Notes: generated by a model not told the origin, from the letters alone. A DNA stretch of 32,000 nucleotides from Verrucomicrobia bacterium UBA3869 (GCA_002392285.1 DGGR01000006.1:1-32000), one strand, 5' to 3'; shown: positions 1 through 9,668, numbered from the stretch's first letter. Numbers and translations are program-made.

Positions 1-33
1 TCCTTATAAGGCGTTTCCTTATAAGATTCTGGG

Positions 34-60
34 GTTTGCAGGGAATTGCAAGCTTTTTTT
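34..60 (+). terminator. Rho-independent terminator candidate for a + strand gene that ends upstream of the window
   Basis: The stem is 7 bp, GTTTGCA (34-40) paired with TGCAAGC (47-53), including one G-U pair. The loop is 6 nt (GGGAAT). An uninterrupted T7 tract (54-60) follows immediately. It lies convergent to the ymdB-like gene. Confidence 0.5.
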
Positions 61-105
61 GGGGGGGGGTAGGAGCTGTGCCGCTTCTATGGCGGAGAGG
101 ATGAG

Positions 106-906
106 TTAACAGGCTTCCATTAAGGTGATACGTTCGATCGATAAGGCCTTATGGGTTGTGCAATCGATACAAATCAAAGCTCCATTGATTTTGGCAGGAC
201 CATCTGCTGCTTCGTAGCGGCAAGGTTTCCCGTTGATAAATTTATCAATAATGGGGTCTTTTTTTGCACCAAGAATACTATTGGAAGCGCCGCACATGCC
301 CAAATCGCAAATGAATGCTGTTTGGTCGTTCAGGATGCGTTCATCGGCTGTTTGGATATGGGTGTGGGTGCCCATTACCGCGCATACTCCCAAGGTAGAA
401 CTAAACCAACCCATGGCGCATTTTTCAGAAGTGGTTTCGGCATGAAAATCGATGAGGATGTTATGAACCCCTTGCGTTTTTAACGATTCGACCAAGTGCT
501 GGGCAGTACGAAAGGGGCAATCCAGTGACATATTGATACAGGCGCGGCCCAAGAGGTTGATGATGGCTATGGATTCGCCGTTCCAATTAAAAATCAGATA
601 GGTAAGCCCTGGGCATGTAGGGGGGAGATTAGCGGGTCGACAAACATAAGGGATGCTGTTGATTTCGCCCCAAAAGGATTTTTGATCCCATGTATGATTA
701 CCCAGAGAAAGCCCTTGAATACCCATAGCATGAAGTTCTTCGGCAGTGGCTTTTGTGAGCCCAAAGCCATTGGTCGCGTTTTCGGCGTTTGCAAAGATAA
801 AATCGGGTTGATAGTGCTGCTTAATCGCAGGCAATTGGGCTTGTAGGTAACGGCGCCCTGTAGCTCCCATGATATCCCCAAAATACACTATACGGCATGC
901 TCCCAT
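106..906 (-). CDS. ymdB: YmdB-family metallophosphoesterase (2',3'-cyclic-nucleotide phosphodiesterase-like)
   Basis: ORF 106..954 is trimmed to the ATG at 906 (MGACRIVYFGDIMG...), because its first 16 codons run through the tRNA at 921..996. It aligns by eye along its whole length with B. subtilis YmdB. Shared motifs are FGD..G, NAEN, GNHTWD, DFHAETTSEK and GTHTHIQTAD. Confidence 0.9.
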   Translation of the reverse strand: MGACRIVYFGDIMGATGRRYLQAQLPAIKQHYQPDFIFANAENATNGFGLTKATAEELHAMGIQGLSLGNHTWDQKSFWGEINSIPYVCRPANLPPTCPGLTYLIFNWNGESIAIINLLGRACINMSLDCPFRTAQHLVESLKTQGVHNILIDFHAETTSEKCAMGWFSSTLGVCAVMGTHTHIQTADERILNDQTAFICDLGMCGASNSILGAKKDPIIDKFINGKPCRYEAADGPAKINGALICIDCTTHKALSIERITLMEAC

Positions 907-920
907 ATGAAAAAATGAAT

Positions 921-996
<76 letters not shown>

Positions 997-1007
997 GATG
1001 ATTCTAC

Positions 1008-1036
1008 AACATACTAAAAATAGGGTATAGCTGCAA
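1008..1036 (-). promoter_or_regulatory. Putative sigma70-like promoter for the tRNA(CAT)-ymdB unit
   Basis: On the minus strand, TTGCAG (1036-1031) is followed by a 17-nt spacer and TATGTT (1013-1008). A second -10-like TAGAAT lies at 1006-1001, just upstream of the tRNA 5' end. The hexamer matches are weak. Confidence 0.3.
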
Positions 1037-1110
1037 GATTTTTATCCTTCAGGTTTTTAGGATTAGGAGCGTATCAATCGATACAAGAGATGTTAGAAGC
1101 GCTGGAGATA

Positions 1111-1896
1111 TTAGCCGTGTTGAATTTTGGCTAGATCCAAGGTTAAGCTCACCGGTGCATGATCCGATCCCATGACTTCGGTTAACAGGGTGCAGTTGGT
1201 AATGGCCGGCAAAAGGCGTTGTGAAGCCAAAAAATAATCAATACGCCAACCGATATTGCGTTCGCGTGCCCGCATCCGATAAGACCACCACGTATACTGT
1301 TTAGAGACATTGGGGTGTTGCTGGCGAAAAACGTCTACAAAGCCCGCTGCCAGATGTTCAGAGAACGATTGCCGTTCTTCATCGGTAAATCCAGCGTTAA
1401 AATGATTCTGGTTAGGGTTGGCTAAATCAATCGGTTCATGAGCGACGTTAAAGTCTCCGCAAAGTACCACCGGTTTTTGCTTATCTAACTGACATGCTAA
1501 CGTTCGCAAAGCCTTGTCCCATACCTGAACGCGGTAGGAAAGCCGCTGTAGGAGATTTTGGGAATTCGGAACGTAGGTGTTTACCAAGAAAAACTGAGGA
1601 AATTCTGCTACCAAGATACGCCCTTCTGGATGTTCCAAATCTGCATCCAAACAGCGGATGTTAATAGGGGCGATGGTGGAAAGAATGGCTGTTCCTGAGT
1701 ACCCTTTTTTGCTTTCGCTATGGTTGAAAAACTGATGCTCAAAGCCATCTAAGTGAGGACATTGTTGAGCATCTACCCGGGTTTCTTGCAGGCATAGAAC
1801 ATCTGGGCGATAGGCTTTGACAAAATCGTAAAAATTTTTCCTTAAAATGGCACGCAACCCATTAACATTCCAGGTAATGAGTCGAATATCGGCCAT
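1111..1896 (-). CDS. xth: Exodeoxyribonuclease III (AP endonuclease, EEP fold)
   Basis: The N-terminus is typical: RLITWNVNGLRA...DVLCLQETRV. Further motifs are GDFNVAH, WSYR and the C-terminal SDHAPV. The length (261 aa) fits Xth/ExoA. Confidence 0.9.
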   Translation of the reverse strand: MADIRLITWNVNGLRAILRKNFYDFVKAYRPDVLCLQETRVDAQQCPHLDGFEHQFFNHSESKKGYSGTAILSTIAPINIRCLDADLEHPEGRILVAEFPQFFLVNTYVPNSQNLLQRLSYRVQVWDKALRTLACQLDKQKPVVLCGDFNVAHEPIDLANPNQNHFNAGFTDEERQSFSEHLAAGFVDVFRQQHPNVSKQYTWWSYRMRARERNIGWRIDYFLASQRLLPAITNCTLLTEVMGSDHAPVSLTLDLAKIQHG

Positions 1897-2051
1897 TAAT
1901 ACTTAAATTGCAGTTTGTCGGTTTCCCAAGATGTTGGCTTACCCCAAGGGATTTTAGAATCACTTAAGGTCGTCGGACAATCGGTTTTCTTGCATCCTCC
2001 CAAGCAGAATAAACTCAAAACAAACAAAATTTTACACCCAAAACGTTTCAT
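1896..2051 (-). CDS. Small (51 aa) putative lipoprotein, below the ORF-track cutoff
   Basis: My own translation gives MKRFGCKILFVLSLFCLGGCKKTDCPTTLSDSKIPWGKPTSWETDKLQFKY. It has a basic N-terminus, a hydrophobic core and a lipobox-like LGGC. Its TAA stop shares one nucleotide with the xth ATG (TAATG at 1894-1898), which suggests translational coupling. Confidence 0.5.
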   Translation of the reverse strand: MKRFGCKILFVLSLFCLGGCKKTDCPTTLSDSKIPWGKPTSWETDKLQFKY

Positions 2052-2098
2052 GTAATGGAAATTATCATGGGAATAAGGTGCGTTAAAGACAAGTTAAA

Positions 2099-3661
2099 TT
2101 ACAGCGTTGAGTATTGATTGTGTGCAATCAAGGGATGACGTTCGCACCGGATGCGTTGGTTAGCCGTTAGGTATTCCAAGAGCTTAAACACATCTTCGGT
2201 TCGGTCATCCAACTGAAGCTCATGCGCCAGTTGTTCTGCCGTAAATGAAACCGTGGGATGCTTCTGTAAATACATTAAAATAGCCTGTTGTTGCTCTAAA
2301 TAAACGCGAGCTGCTTTTTTCCCCGCTTCCACCCCTGGTTGATGGTAAGCGTTGATGTGGATAAAATTGGCATAAAAACCAACCGTTCGCTCAAATAAAG
2401 CAATGAGTGCACCTAAGCTTTTAGCATCCAGTTGTTGGAGCGTGATGGTGATGGATGGGCAATGTACTTCCGTTAAGGCATCGCGGGTTCCAAGCAAAAA
2501 CCCTTCTAGAAAATCGTTGCTAGTAAAAGTTTTTTCCACCAAAACCTTGCTGGGGTGATAGGGGCGCTGAACCTCAATAAACGTTACGAAGGCATCCCGT
2601 AAGCCATCCCGCAATTGTTGAATGTACGCATGTTGGTCGGTCGAGCCTTTGTTGCCATAAACCGTTAGCCCTTGGTTGACTTCCTGACCATCCATGGTTA
2701 AGCGCTTGCCTAGCGATTCCATGATTAATTGCTGCAAATAACGCGGGAACAGAACCAATGCGTCTTTGTAAGGCAGTACCACCATATTACGTTGCCCATG
2801 ACCACCGGAACAAATGTACCAAGCTAAGGCTAATAACAGTGCTGGGTTGTGCATTACTGAATCCGAACGGGTAAGGCGATCCATTTCAGCGGCGCCTTCC
2901 ACGAGCTCATCGATGTCAATTCCGCACAATCCTGCCGGCAATAAGCCAACGTTGCTACACCAGCTGGTTCTTCCGCCAACCCAATCCCATAGCGGGAAAC
3001 GGGCTAACCACTGCTCTTTTTGTGCGGTTTTGTCTAATTGGCTGCCGGGACAGGTGATGGCAATGGCTTGATGAGCGAAATCGAGGTGAAGGGAACGGAA
3101 CCGTGCTTGTGCCTCCATCAGGGCGTTACGGGGCTCAGCTGTGCTCCCCGACTTTGAGGTTACCAACACGAGGGTCTTATCTAAACGCTCCTGTAAGCGA
3201 TTTAAGGTGCGTTGAATGCCATCAGGATCCGTATTATCGATAAATACAGCCGATAATCCTTTGTTTTTTGGCTCTAGGGCATCGGTGAGTAATTGGGGAC
3301 CGAGTGCTGATCCTCCAATTCCGATGCACAATAAATGGGTAAAAGGCCTATCCTGAAGCACTGAATGGATAAAGGTATGCAGTTGTTCCCAATTTTGCTT
3401 CAATTCATCGTAAATAGTTGTTGTTGGTGCCAGTGAAAAGTTGCGTAACCAATAATGTCCTACCTGCCGATGTTCATCAGGATTAGCGATGGCACCTGCT
3501 TCCAGACACTCCATATCTTCCAGCGCTTTCATGATTTTAGGCTGAAAGGATTGCAGAAAGTCGTTTGTAAACCTAACTCTGCTGGTATCCAAAGCCATGT
3601 CTAAGTTCGGTAAGGGTATAAACTGTTTTTGAAACGCATCCCAATTCATATAGTTCAACAA
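2099..3661 (-). CDS. pgi: Glucose-6-phosphate isomerase (cyanobacterial/plastid-like type)
   Basis: It aligns by eye over the full length with cyanobacterial Pgi. Shared segments are EAGAIANPDE.R.VGHYWLR, IGIGGSALGP, VTSKSG.T.E, WVGGRTS, YGNKGSTDQHAY.QQLR and NAYHQPGVEAGKKAA. An alternative start is the ATG at 3649 (MNWDAF). Confidence 0.95.
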   Translation of the reverse strand: MLNYMNWDAFQKQFIPLPNLDMALDTSRVRFTNDFLQSFQPKIMKALEDMECLEAGAIANPDEHRQVGHYWLRNFSLAPTTTIYDELKQNWEQLHTFIHSVLQDRPFTHLLCIGIGGSALGPQLLTDALEPKNKGLSAVFIDNTDPDGIQRTLNRLQERLDKTLVLVTSKSGSTAEPRNALMEAQARFRSLHLDFAHQAIAITCPGSQLDKTAQKEQWLARFPLWDWVGGRTSWCSNVGLLPAGLCGIDIDELVEGAAEMDRLTRSDSVMHNPALLLALAWYICSGGHGQRNMVVLPYKDALVLFPRYLQQLIMESLGKRLTMDGQEVNQGLTVYGNKGSTDQHAYIQQLRDGLRDAFVTFIEVQRPYHPSKVLVEKTFTSNDFLEGFLLGTRDALTEVHCPSITITLQQLDAKSLGALIALFERTVGFYANFIHINAYHQPGVEAGKKAARVYLEQQQAILMYLQKHPTVSFTAEQLAHELQLDDRTEDVFKLLEYLTANQRIRCERHPLIAHNQYSTL

Positions 3662-3708
3662 CTAACGATTTTTTGTGTTTATTTCACTGGTAAGCTCAAA
3701 AGATGCCA

Positions 3709-5664
3709 TTATCTCAAACGCCTTTGGATGTTTTGTTCGATTGCGGTTTTAATCGCTTCAAGTTGCTCCTTAACGCTTTGTTGGGCAGCACTTACATCCC
3801 CATTGCTAACTGGGGCTGTCCCGAACAGATACCATTTGATTTTAGGTTCAGTTCCGCTGGGGCGCACAGCTACTTCAAAGTTATTGGCTAGGCGGAATCG
3901 GATAAAGTCGGCTTTGGGAACTTGTTCGCCATCTTCATCGCTTTCATTGTGTTCGTTGAGATAATCGATGGTTTCTTTAACCGCCTGTTGTGCAATGGTA
4001 GCTGGAGGTTGTTGTCGATAAGAGTGCATCAAAGCTTGAATGCTTGCCATACCCTCTGACCCTTCAAACGTATGGCTTAACAACGCCTCTTTGAAATAAC
4101 CATACTTTCGATAAATGTTATTGAGGTAATCGGAAAAGGTGATTCCTTCGCGCTTGAAGCATGCAATCAGTTCGTAAGCCATCAAGGTAGCTGCATTCCC
4201 ATCCTTATCCCGAACTGCATCATTGGCCAAAAATCCACCGCTTTCTTCGGCTGACAACAGAAGAGCAGTTGAATGGCGCAGTAGGTTGTTAAATCGGGCT
4301 TCAGGTGTGCATCGCATATAATCAACCTGAATGCCTTGTGTGGCTCGTTCATGCTGCAACCATTGCTGTTCATAACGGAGCAACTTACCCCCAATCCACT
4401 TAAAGCCCGTGTGGGTGTTGATGCAACGGATTCCATTGGCATTTGCAATAGCCTCGAGCAAGGGGGTCGTTACAAAGGATTTGATGATCGCAAGCTTAGC
4501 GCCTTTGGAAGGAATACGCCCTAATTTCATGAGCGTGGTTAAACGGTATTCAGCCAATAGCACGGCAATGGTATTGCCGCTTAACAGTTGCCATTGCCCT
4601 TGCGCATCCTTCAGCATCATTGCCATGCGATCCCCATCCGGATCGGTTGCAATAATACCATCTGCCTGGCTTTTTTTGGCTTCCTCCAACGCAACGGTCA
4701 ATGCGTTTGGGTTACTGGGGTCAAGCGTGGTCAGGTTAGGGAATGCGCCGTTGAATGCTTTTTGCGATTCGACAATTTGAAATGACCGGCTTAGCTCTTT
4801 CATCAGAGGCATGATGCAAACCGAGCCAGTGCCATGCAATGGCGTATAAACCACCTGGGGAGCGCAGCTTTTGTCCGCCAACAATTGAGTGTCTAATAGG
4901 ACGCTTTTGCAGGTTTCACGATACGCTTGTTCAACGTTTTCGGGGATATAGAAACAGCCGTCGATGGAGGGCGTTAAAAAGGGAGGAGTGGCTTCGTAAG
5001 GTACTTGTTCGATTGACTTGATAATGTCCTCTGCACAGGAACCATTGATTTGCGCGCCATCTTCTAAATATACCTTATAGCCGTTATCGTGAAAGGGATT
5101 GTGGCTGGCGGTAATCATAACGCCTGCTGTAGCTCTTAGATAGCGTACCGAAAAACTTAATTGGGGCGTTGACCGTGGACCATTAAAAATATAAACGATT
5201 CCGCCTAATTTTAACCAAGTCGATGCGGTGAGTTCGCAAAAGTGTTTTGAAAAATAACGTGAATCGTAAGAAATAACCAAGGATGGGGGGCGCGGGTAAT
5301 CGCTAAAATGATGTTTGCAATAAGCGAATAGGCCCAGGGTCGCTCGTATAACGTTAAAATCGTTGATGCAGTAAGTCCCAACAGCTGCATGCTGGTAGGT
5401 ATTGCCTGATTTTTCTGCGCTTGTACTGATCGAACCGATGGTGCGTCCGCGCATTCCAGCTGTTCCAAACGCAATGATTTTGAAAAATCGTTCGTTTAAC
5501 TCATGCCATTGCTGCTGCTCAATGAGCTCACGTAAACTATCTGACGCCCAATTGGGCAAGCCAGGCATAGCAAGAAATTGGCAAATAAATTGAGCGGCCG
5601 ATGAGGAGAGTTGATGGTTATGAAGTGCTTCTTCGACGGAAGCGGTTACATTACGATGCGTCAT
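3709..5664 (-). CDS. Alpha-D-phosphohexomutase (phosphoglucomutase/phosphomannomutase family)
   Basis: All four family loops are present: the catalytic Ser loop TASHNPFHDNGYK, the Mg loop ATDPDGDR, the sugar loop AEESGG and the phosphate loop RPSGTEPKIK. The start overlaps the upstream gene by 14 nt (5651-5664). Confidence 0.9.
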   Translation of the reverse strand: MTHRNVTASVEEALHNHQLSSSAAQFICQFLAMPGLPNWASDSLRELIEQQQWHELNERFFKIIAFGTAGMRGRTIGSISTSAEKSGNTYQHAAVGTYCINDFNVIRATLGLFAYCKHHFSDYPRPPSLVISYDSRYFSKHFCELTASTWLKLGGIVYIFNGPRSTPQLSFSVRYLRATAGVMITASHNPFHDNGYKVYLEDGAQINGSCAEDIIKSIEQVPYEATPPFLTPSIDGCFYIPENVEQAYRETCKSVLLDTQLLADKSCAPQVVYTPLHGTGSVCIMPLMKELSRSFQIVESQKAFNGAFPNLTTLDPSNPNALTVALEEAKKSQADGIIATDPDGDRMAMMLKDAQGQWQLLSGNTIAVLLAEYRLTTLMKLGRIPSKGAKLAIIKSFVTTPLLEAIANANGIRCINTHTGFKWIGGKLLRYEQQWLQHERATQGIQVDYMRCTPEARFNNLLRHSTALLLSAEESGGFLANDAVRDKDGNAATLMAYELIACFKREGITFSDYLNNIYRKYGYFKEALLSHTFEGSEGMASIQALMHSYRQQPPATIAQQAVKETIDYLNEHNESDEDGEQVPKADFIRFRLANNFEVAVRPSGTEPKIKWYLFGTAPVSNGDVSAAQQSVKEQLEAIKTAIEQNIQRRLR

Positions 5665-7477
5665 GCAAATACAATCCCTGTAAGGTTTTAGGTTTTGGAT
5701 CCAGCTGTTTCCAGGCTTGAATGAAATCTACTTGATTATCAGCAAATAACGGACCAATTTCCATGAGAGGTGTCGGCAAATTCGTTGAAGACTCGCTCTC
5801 GCTAGCACTGACTTCAAGCGATTCGCCAGCTGCTTGGAGCCACCGATGCCAGCGATTAATTTGGTCGCGCTGACAGGTTTCGAGCGTATCCTTGCCGACA
5901 GCATTTTTAACCGGACTAAACTCATCCTTGCGGTCTACTTCCCATAAAAGCGGACGGGTAGCGACCGGTAATACGTCAAAAATGAACTGTTCTAACTTAT
6001 GACCTTCGGTTGTGTAGGTCGTTTGAGATTGAGGGTCCCAAATAGGTATTTTTTTCCGACACACATGATAAGGGAGTGCCAATTGCGCGCATTTTTGAAT
6101 AAATTCGGTTGTAATCAGATGGATTCCAGTGTTGCCAAAGCGGTAACGAAGCGCGCCTGTTGCGGTCACTTCTTGCGATAAGGCTTCTGGAAATTGATTG
6201 TATTCAATCAGCCGCAATTGATCGGCGTCCTGTACCAACAATCCTACCCGTTCTTGCGGGTCGGTTTTAACCACTACTTTGGTCGAAAAAGAGGATTGGG
6301 ATAAGCAGTGAGTGCCTAAAAACAGGGGGTCGTCCAAATGAATCAGGGGATTATCTACCTGAAAATAATAAATCGATGTAATTCCTAGGGATTTGAAAAG
6401 CTCGATGTATCCAGCATGTTCTAAGGCTTTAAACAACCCACCATGTCCATTGGGTAGAAAACAAATGTTGCCATCTGCTTTTAAAGCGCACTGACCATCG
6501 TTCAAAAACGCAGGAATGCTTCCTTGTTTGAAAAAGTGAATATAATGCGGGTCGTACCACGCTTGTTTGGCAAATGCGATTTGCGTAGCGGTATCGGTTT
6601 CTTCACTGGTCATAATAAACCAATGGAAAGGGCGTTGGTAGCGGCGTTGAAGCGCTTTTAGCTTTTCGGCAAAAACCTGATAAAGCGGTTTGTGCTGTAG
6701 AGGGGTTACAGGAACCAACCCTTTGGGGCCGTTAAATCCTAAGCGAGAGCCTAATCCACCCGCGACGGTTAAAAACGCAACGGATCCCTTACTGAAGCAA
6801 TCGATTCCTGCTTGTAACGTGCTTTGGGGTTTATATCCCTGAGCTGCTAGGGTGTCGGGATGAAGGCTGGTTGGCTCAACCCAATGCGTTCCATCCAATT
6901 CCTCAGCAGTTTCGCTTAGTGTGTTGATTAAGCGCTTCCATTCGTTCAAGGGTACTTGTTGCGCCGAAGACCAAAAATGCTGCTGTTGGTCGGGATTTAA
7001 GCACTTCAGCAGCTCATTAATAGAAGGATTGAGTTCCTTGAAAGCCGTTTGAAATGCCGATGGGGTATCAAAAAAAGAATCGTTAACGGAGTTCATTAGC
7101 ATTGGGTGCTTCCAGGAATTGTGGGGAGCGCTTTCAGGCAAAGACCGATCAACTTCTTGTAACAAGGCAAAGGTACGGTGAGCTTTTTGCAGTTCCTTAT
7201 CCCATACGAACGAAAGCCGTGGGGTTTGTTTCATCCGCACTTCTTTCCCAATAGCGTCCTGTATGTTTTTGCGGAGTTTGATGAGCAACTTAAGTGCTTG
7301 TTCTTTCTGCTCTATTTGATAGACGGAAAAATAGACGTCAGCGACTTTTAAGTTATCCGAAGCGGTCACGCGTGTAATAGTGATACTCATGGCTTCCGAT
7401 GCGTAATGTTTAAGCAAATAATCGCCAATAACCCGTTTGAGTAACTCATTCACCCGAATGATGCGCAAATTGGTCAT
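5651..7477 (-). CDS. rbfA: In-frame fusion of an N-terminal ribosome-binding factor A (about 110 aa) to a C-terminal UDPGP-family UDP-sugar/UDP-GlcNAc pyrophosphorylase (eukaryote type)
   Basis: The start is set at the ATG at 7477-7475, which forms an ATGA overlap with the infB stop. The RbfA part reads LRIIRVNELLKRVIGDYL...VADVYFSV...TPRLSFVWD. There is no stop codon before the UDPGP part, which carries LTVAGGLGSRLG, MTSEET, PNGHGG and YFQVDNPL. Internal ATGs at 7102 and 7096 are preceded by GGAAG. Confidence 0.8.
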   Translation of the reverse strand: MTNLRIIRVNELLKRVIGDYLLKHYASEAMSITITRVTASDNLKVADVYFSVYQIEQKEQALKLLIKLRKNIQDAIGKEVRMKQTPRLSFVWDKELQKAHRTFALLQEVDRSLPESAPHNSWKHPMLMNSVNDSFFDTPSAFQTAFKELNPSINELLKCLNPDQQQHFWSSAQQVPLNEWKRLINTLSETAEELDGTHWVEPTSLHPDTLAAQGYKPQSTLQAGIDCFSKGSVAFLTVAGGLGSRLGFNGPKGLVPVTPLQHKPLYQVFAEKLKALQRRYQRPFHWFIMTSEETDTATQIAFAKQAWYDPHYIHFFKQGSIPAFLNDGQCALKADGNICFLPNGHGGLFKALEHAGYIELFKSLGITSIYYFQVDNPLIHLDDPLFLGTHCLSQSSFSTKVVVKTDPQERVGLLVQDADQLRLIEYNQFPEALSQEVTATGALRYRFGNTGIHLITTEFIQKCAQLALPYHVCRKKIPIWDPQSQTTYTTEGHKLEQFIFDVLPVATRPLLWEVDRKDEFSPVKNAVGKDTLETCQRDQINRWHRWLQAAGESLEVSASESESSTNLPTPLMEIGPLFADNQVDFIQAWKQLDPKPKTLQGLYLHDAS

Positions 7478-9651
7478 AATTCCGGCAAACTTGAAACCTT
7501 TTTGTAGCATTCAATCAAATCACCCTCTTGGCAATCGGATGCAGCGTCTTCCAATCCAATTCCACATTCGGTTCCGGATTTGACTTCTGCCACATAATCC
7601 TTGAAGTGTTTGAGGGTATATGCTTTGGTTTCGGTAATGATTTTCCCTTTGCGAATCAGGCGGACAAATGCATCGCGAACGATTTGCCCTGATACCACCA
7701 TACATCCAGCAATCGTACCTTTGGATAAAGTAATGACCTTACGGATTTCAGCAGACCCAAGCTTGGTTTCGCTCCATTCTGGTTCTAGCAATTCACGCAT
7801 GGCATTTCTTACCTGCTCAATAAGTTCGTAGATAATGTTATGCTGAATCATGCGCACGCCCTTTTGTTTAGCTGCGGCTTGCACTCCATTGGCTGGTTTG
7901 GTGTTGAATCCAACGATAATCGCTTTACCTGCATGAGCGGTTTGAATATCGTTGAGCGTAATTTGTCCGACGCGGGTATCGATAATATTGAGCGCTACCT
8001 TATCGCTATGAATGCCCTTTAGGCAGGCTTCTAGCGCCTCTAAACTACCATGGACGTCGGAACGAAGTAGAACTTTCAAAGTTTTTTGCTGCTGGGTTTC
8101 CATAGCAGCCATCAAATCATCAATGCTGGAAATTTTATGAACATTGTTGCTTTGATTCTGCTTCAGTTCGCGTTCACATGCTTCTGCTTCCTTCCGGGCT
8201 TCTTTTTCGTTTTTAGAGCCTCGGAAGGTACAGCCTGCAGAAGGCATGGTGACCCATCCCGTAATTTGAACGGGTGTTGCCGGTGTAGCTTGAGCCATGC
8301 GCTTGCCATGTTCATCCAACAAACAGCGAACCTTGCATACATGAGTACCACTAACAAGGGCATCTCCTGGCTTTAACGTTCCGCTGGTGATAATGGCGGT
8401 TGTTACAATCCCTTGACCCTCTTCCGTGCGGGATTCAACCACTACACCTTCCGGTGTTCCTTTAGGATTGGCTTTTAATTCCATCATTTCAGCCTGCAAT
8501 AACACCAACTGGAGTAATTTATCAAGGTTGGTCCCTTTGAGAGCCGAAATTTCGGTGCATAGCGTATCGCCTCCCCATTCTTCTGGAGCAATCCCGTTTG
8601 CTTGCATCTGTTGTTTAATGCGATCAATGTTGGCGCCCTTAACATCCATTTTGTTGATGGCAACCACCACAGGTACATTTTCTTTCTGTGCCAATTGCAG
8701 GGATTCTTTGGTTTGAGGCATGAAGCCATCATCAGCCGCAACCACCAAAATAATGATGTCGGTTACGGTTGCTCCGCGTTGGCGGATATTTGAAAATACA
8801 GCATGTCCCGGAGTATCGAGGAAGGTAATCTTTTTCCCTTCCACCTCTACTTGATAAGCTCCAATGTGCTGGGTGATTCCACCGGCTTCTTTGGCTGCCA
8901 CATTGGCTTTACGCAGGGTGTCTAATAGGGTGGTTTTCCCATGGTCGACGTGGCCTAAAATGCACACAATGGGTGGGCGTGGCTCTAAATGATCGGCCGG
9001 TTCAACTTTGGGTTTAACAGGGACCGGTTGAACGTTGCGTTCCTGAGAACGGCGTTTGGTTTCAACCGTAAAGTGATACTTGTCTGCTAGTACCTTTAGG
9101 GCATTTTCATCCAAAACCTGACCCATGGATGCAAAAATCTTTTGATCCATTAAATCCCTAATGAGGGTAAAGGGCTTAACCTCTAATAGGTTAGCTAGTT
9201 CGGTTAAGGTAATTGGGGGCTTAATGACCCGGTTTTGCTCCATTTTGGCTGCATCCTTGTTGGCAATCGAACCTGCTGCGCTTGGTGTATTTTCGGGCTT
9301 TGCAACAGCTTTTGGGGCGGTCGCTGGTGCGGGGCGAGCAGCGATGGGTGCAGCCGGCGCAAAACTTTTCTTAAATGCATTTAAGGCAGTTATGGATTGA
9401 GAACCTCCTAGGTTTTTAGGGGAGGCTATTCGTACAGGAGCGCTTCCTATTAAAGGTTTTTTGATCGTAGGCGAAGCAACATGGGTTGATTGAGCATTGC
9501 TTTTCACCTTCTTCAATAACGCATTTGCATCGGTATCCGATAGGGTAGAAGCTGTCTCTGGCAGTGCAATACCGTACTGTTTAATCAATAAGCGGACACT
9601 TTTAATATCCTTATGCAGTTGATGAGCTAATTGATAGATGCTAACGGTCAT
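7474..9651 (-). CDS. infB: Translation initiation factor IF-2
   Basis: The G-domain motifs are [17 protein letters not shown] and NKMD. The N-terminal region is Ala/Pro-rich and low in complexity. The gene sits in the canonical position after nusA. Confidence 0.97.
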   Translation of the reverse strand: MTVSIYQLAHQLHKDIKSVRLLIKQYGIALPETASTLSDTDANALLKKVKSNAQSTHVASPTIKKPLIGSAPVRIASPKNLGGSQSITALNAFKKSFAPAAPIAARPAPATAPKAVAKPENTPSAAGSIANKDAAKMEQNRVIKPPITLTELANLLEVKPFTLIRDLMDQKIFASMGQVLDENALKVLADKYHFTVETKRRSQERNVQPVPVKPKVEPADHLEPRPPIVCILGHVDHGKTTLLDTLRKANVAAKEAGGITQHIGAYQVEVEGKKITFLDTPGHAVFSNIRQRGATVTDIIILVVAADDGFMPQTKESLQLAQKENVPVVVAINKMDVKGANIDRIKQQMQANGIAPEEWGGDTLCTEISALKGTNLDKLLQLVLLQAEMMELKANPKGTPEGVVVESRTEEGQGIVTTAIITSGTLKPGDALVSGTHVCKVRCLLDEHGKRMAQATPATPVQITGWVTMPSAGCTFRGSKNEKEARKEAEACERELKQNQSNNVHKISSIDDLMAAMETQQQKTLKVLLRSDVHGSLEALEACLKGIHSDKVALNIIDTRVGQITLNDIQTAHAGKAIIVGFNTKPANGVQAAAKQKGVRMIQHNIIYELIEQVRNAMRELLEPEWSETKLGSAEIRKVITLSKGTIAGCMVVSGQIVRDAFVRLIRKGKIITETKAYTLKHFKDYVAEVKSGTECGIGLEDAASDCQEGDLIECYKKVSSLPEL

Positions 9652-9668
9652 GGTGCGTTTTAAATTAC

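Noticed and set aside
1-26. Palindrome CCTTATAAGG (2-11) with a second imperfect copy (17-26)
   Set aside because: It is very short, lies at the window edge and probably sits inside the end of an upstream gene. It cannot be interpreted without the flanking sequence.
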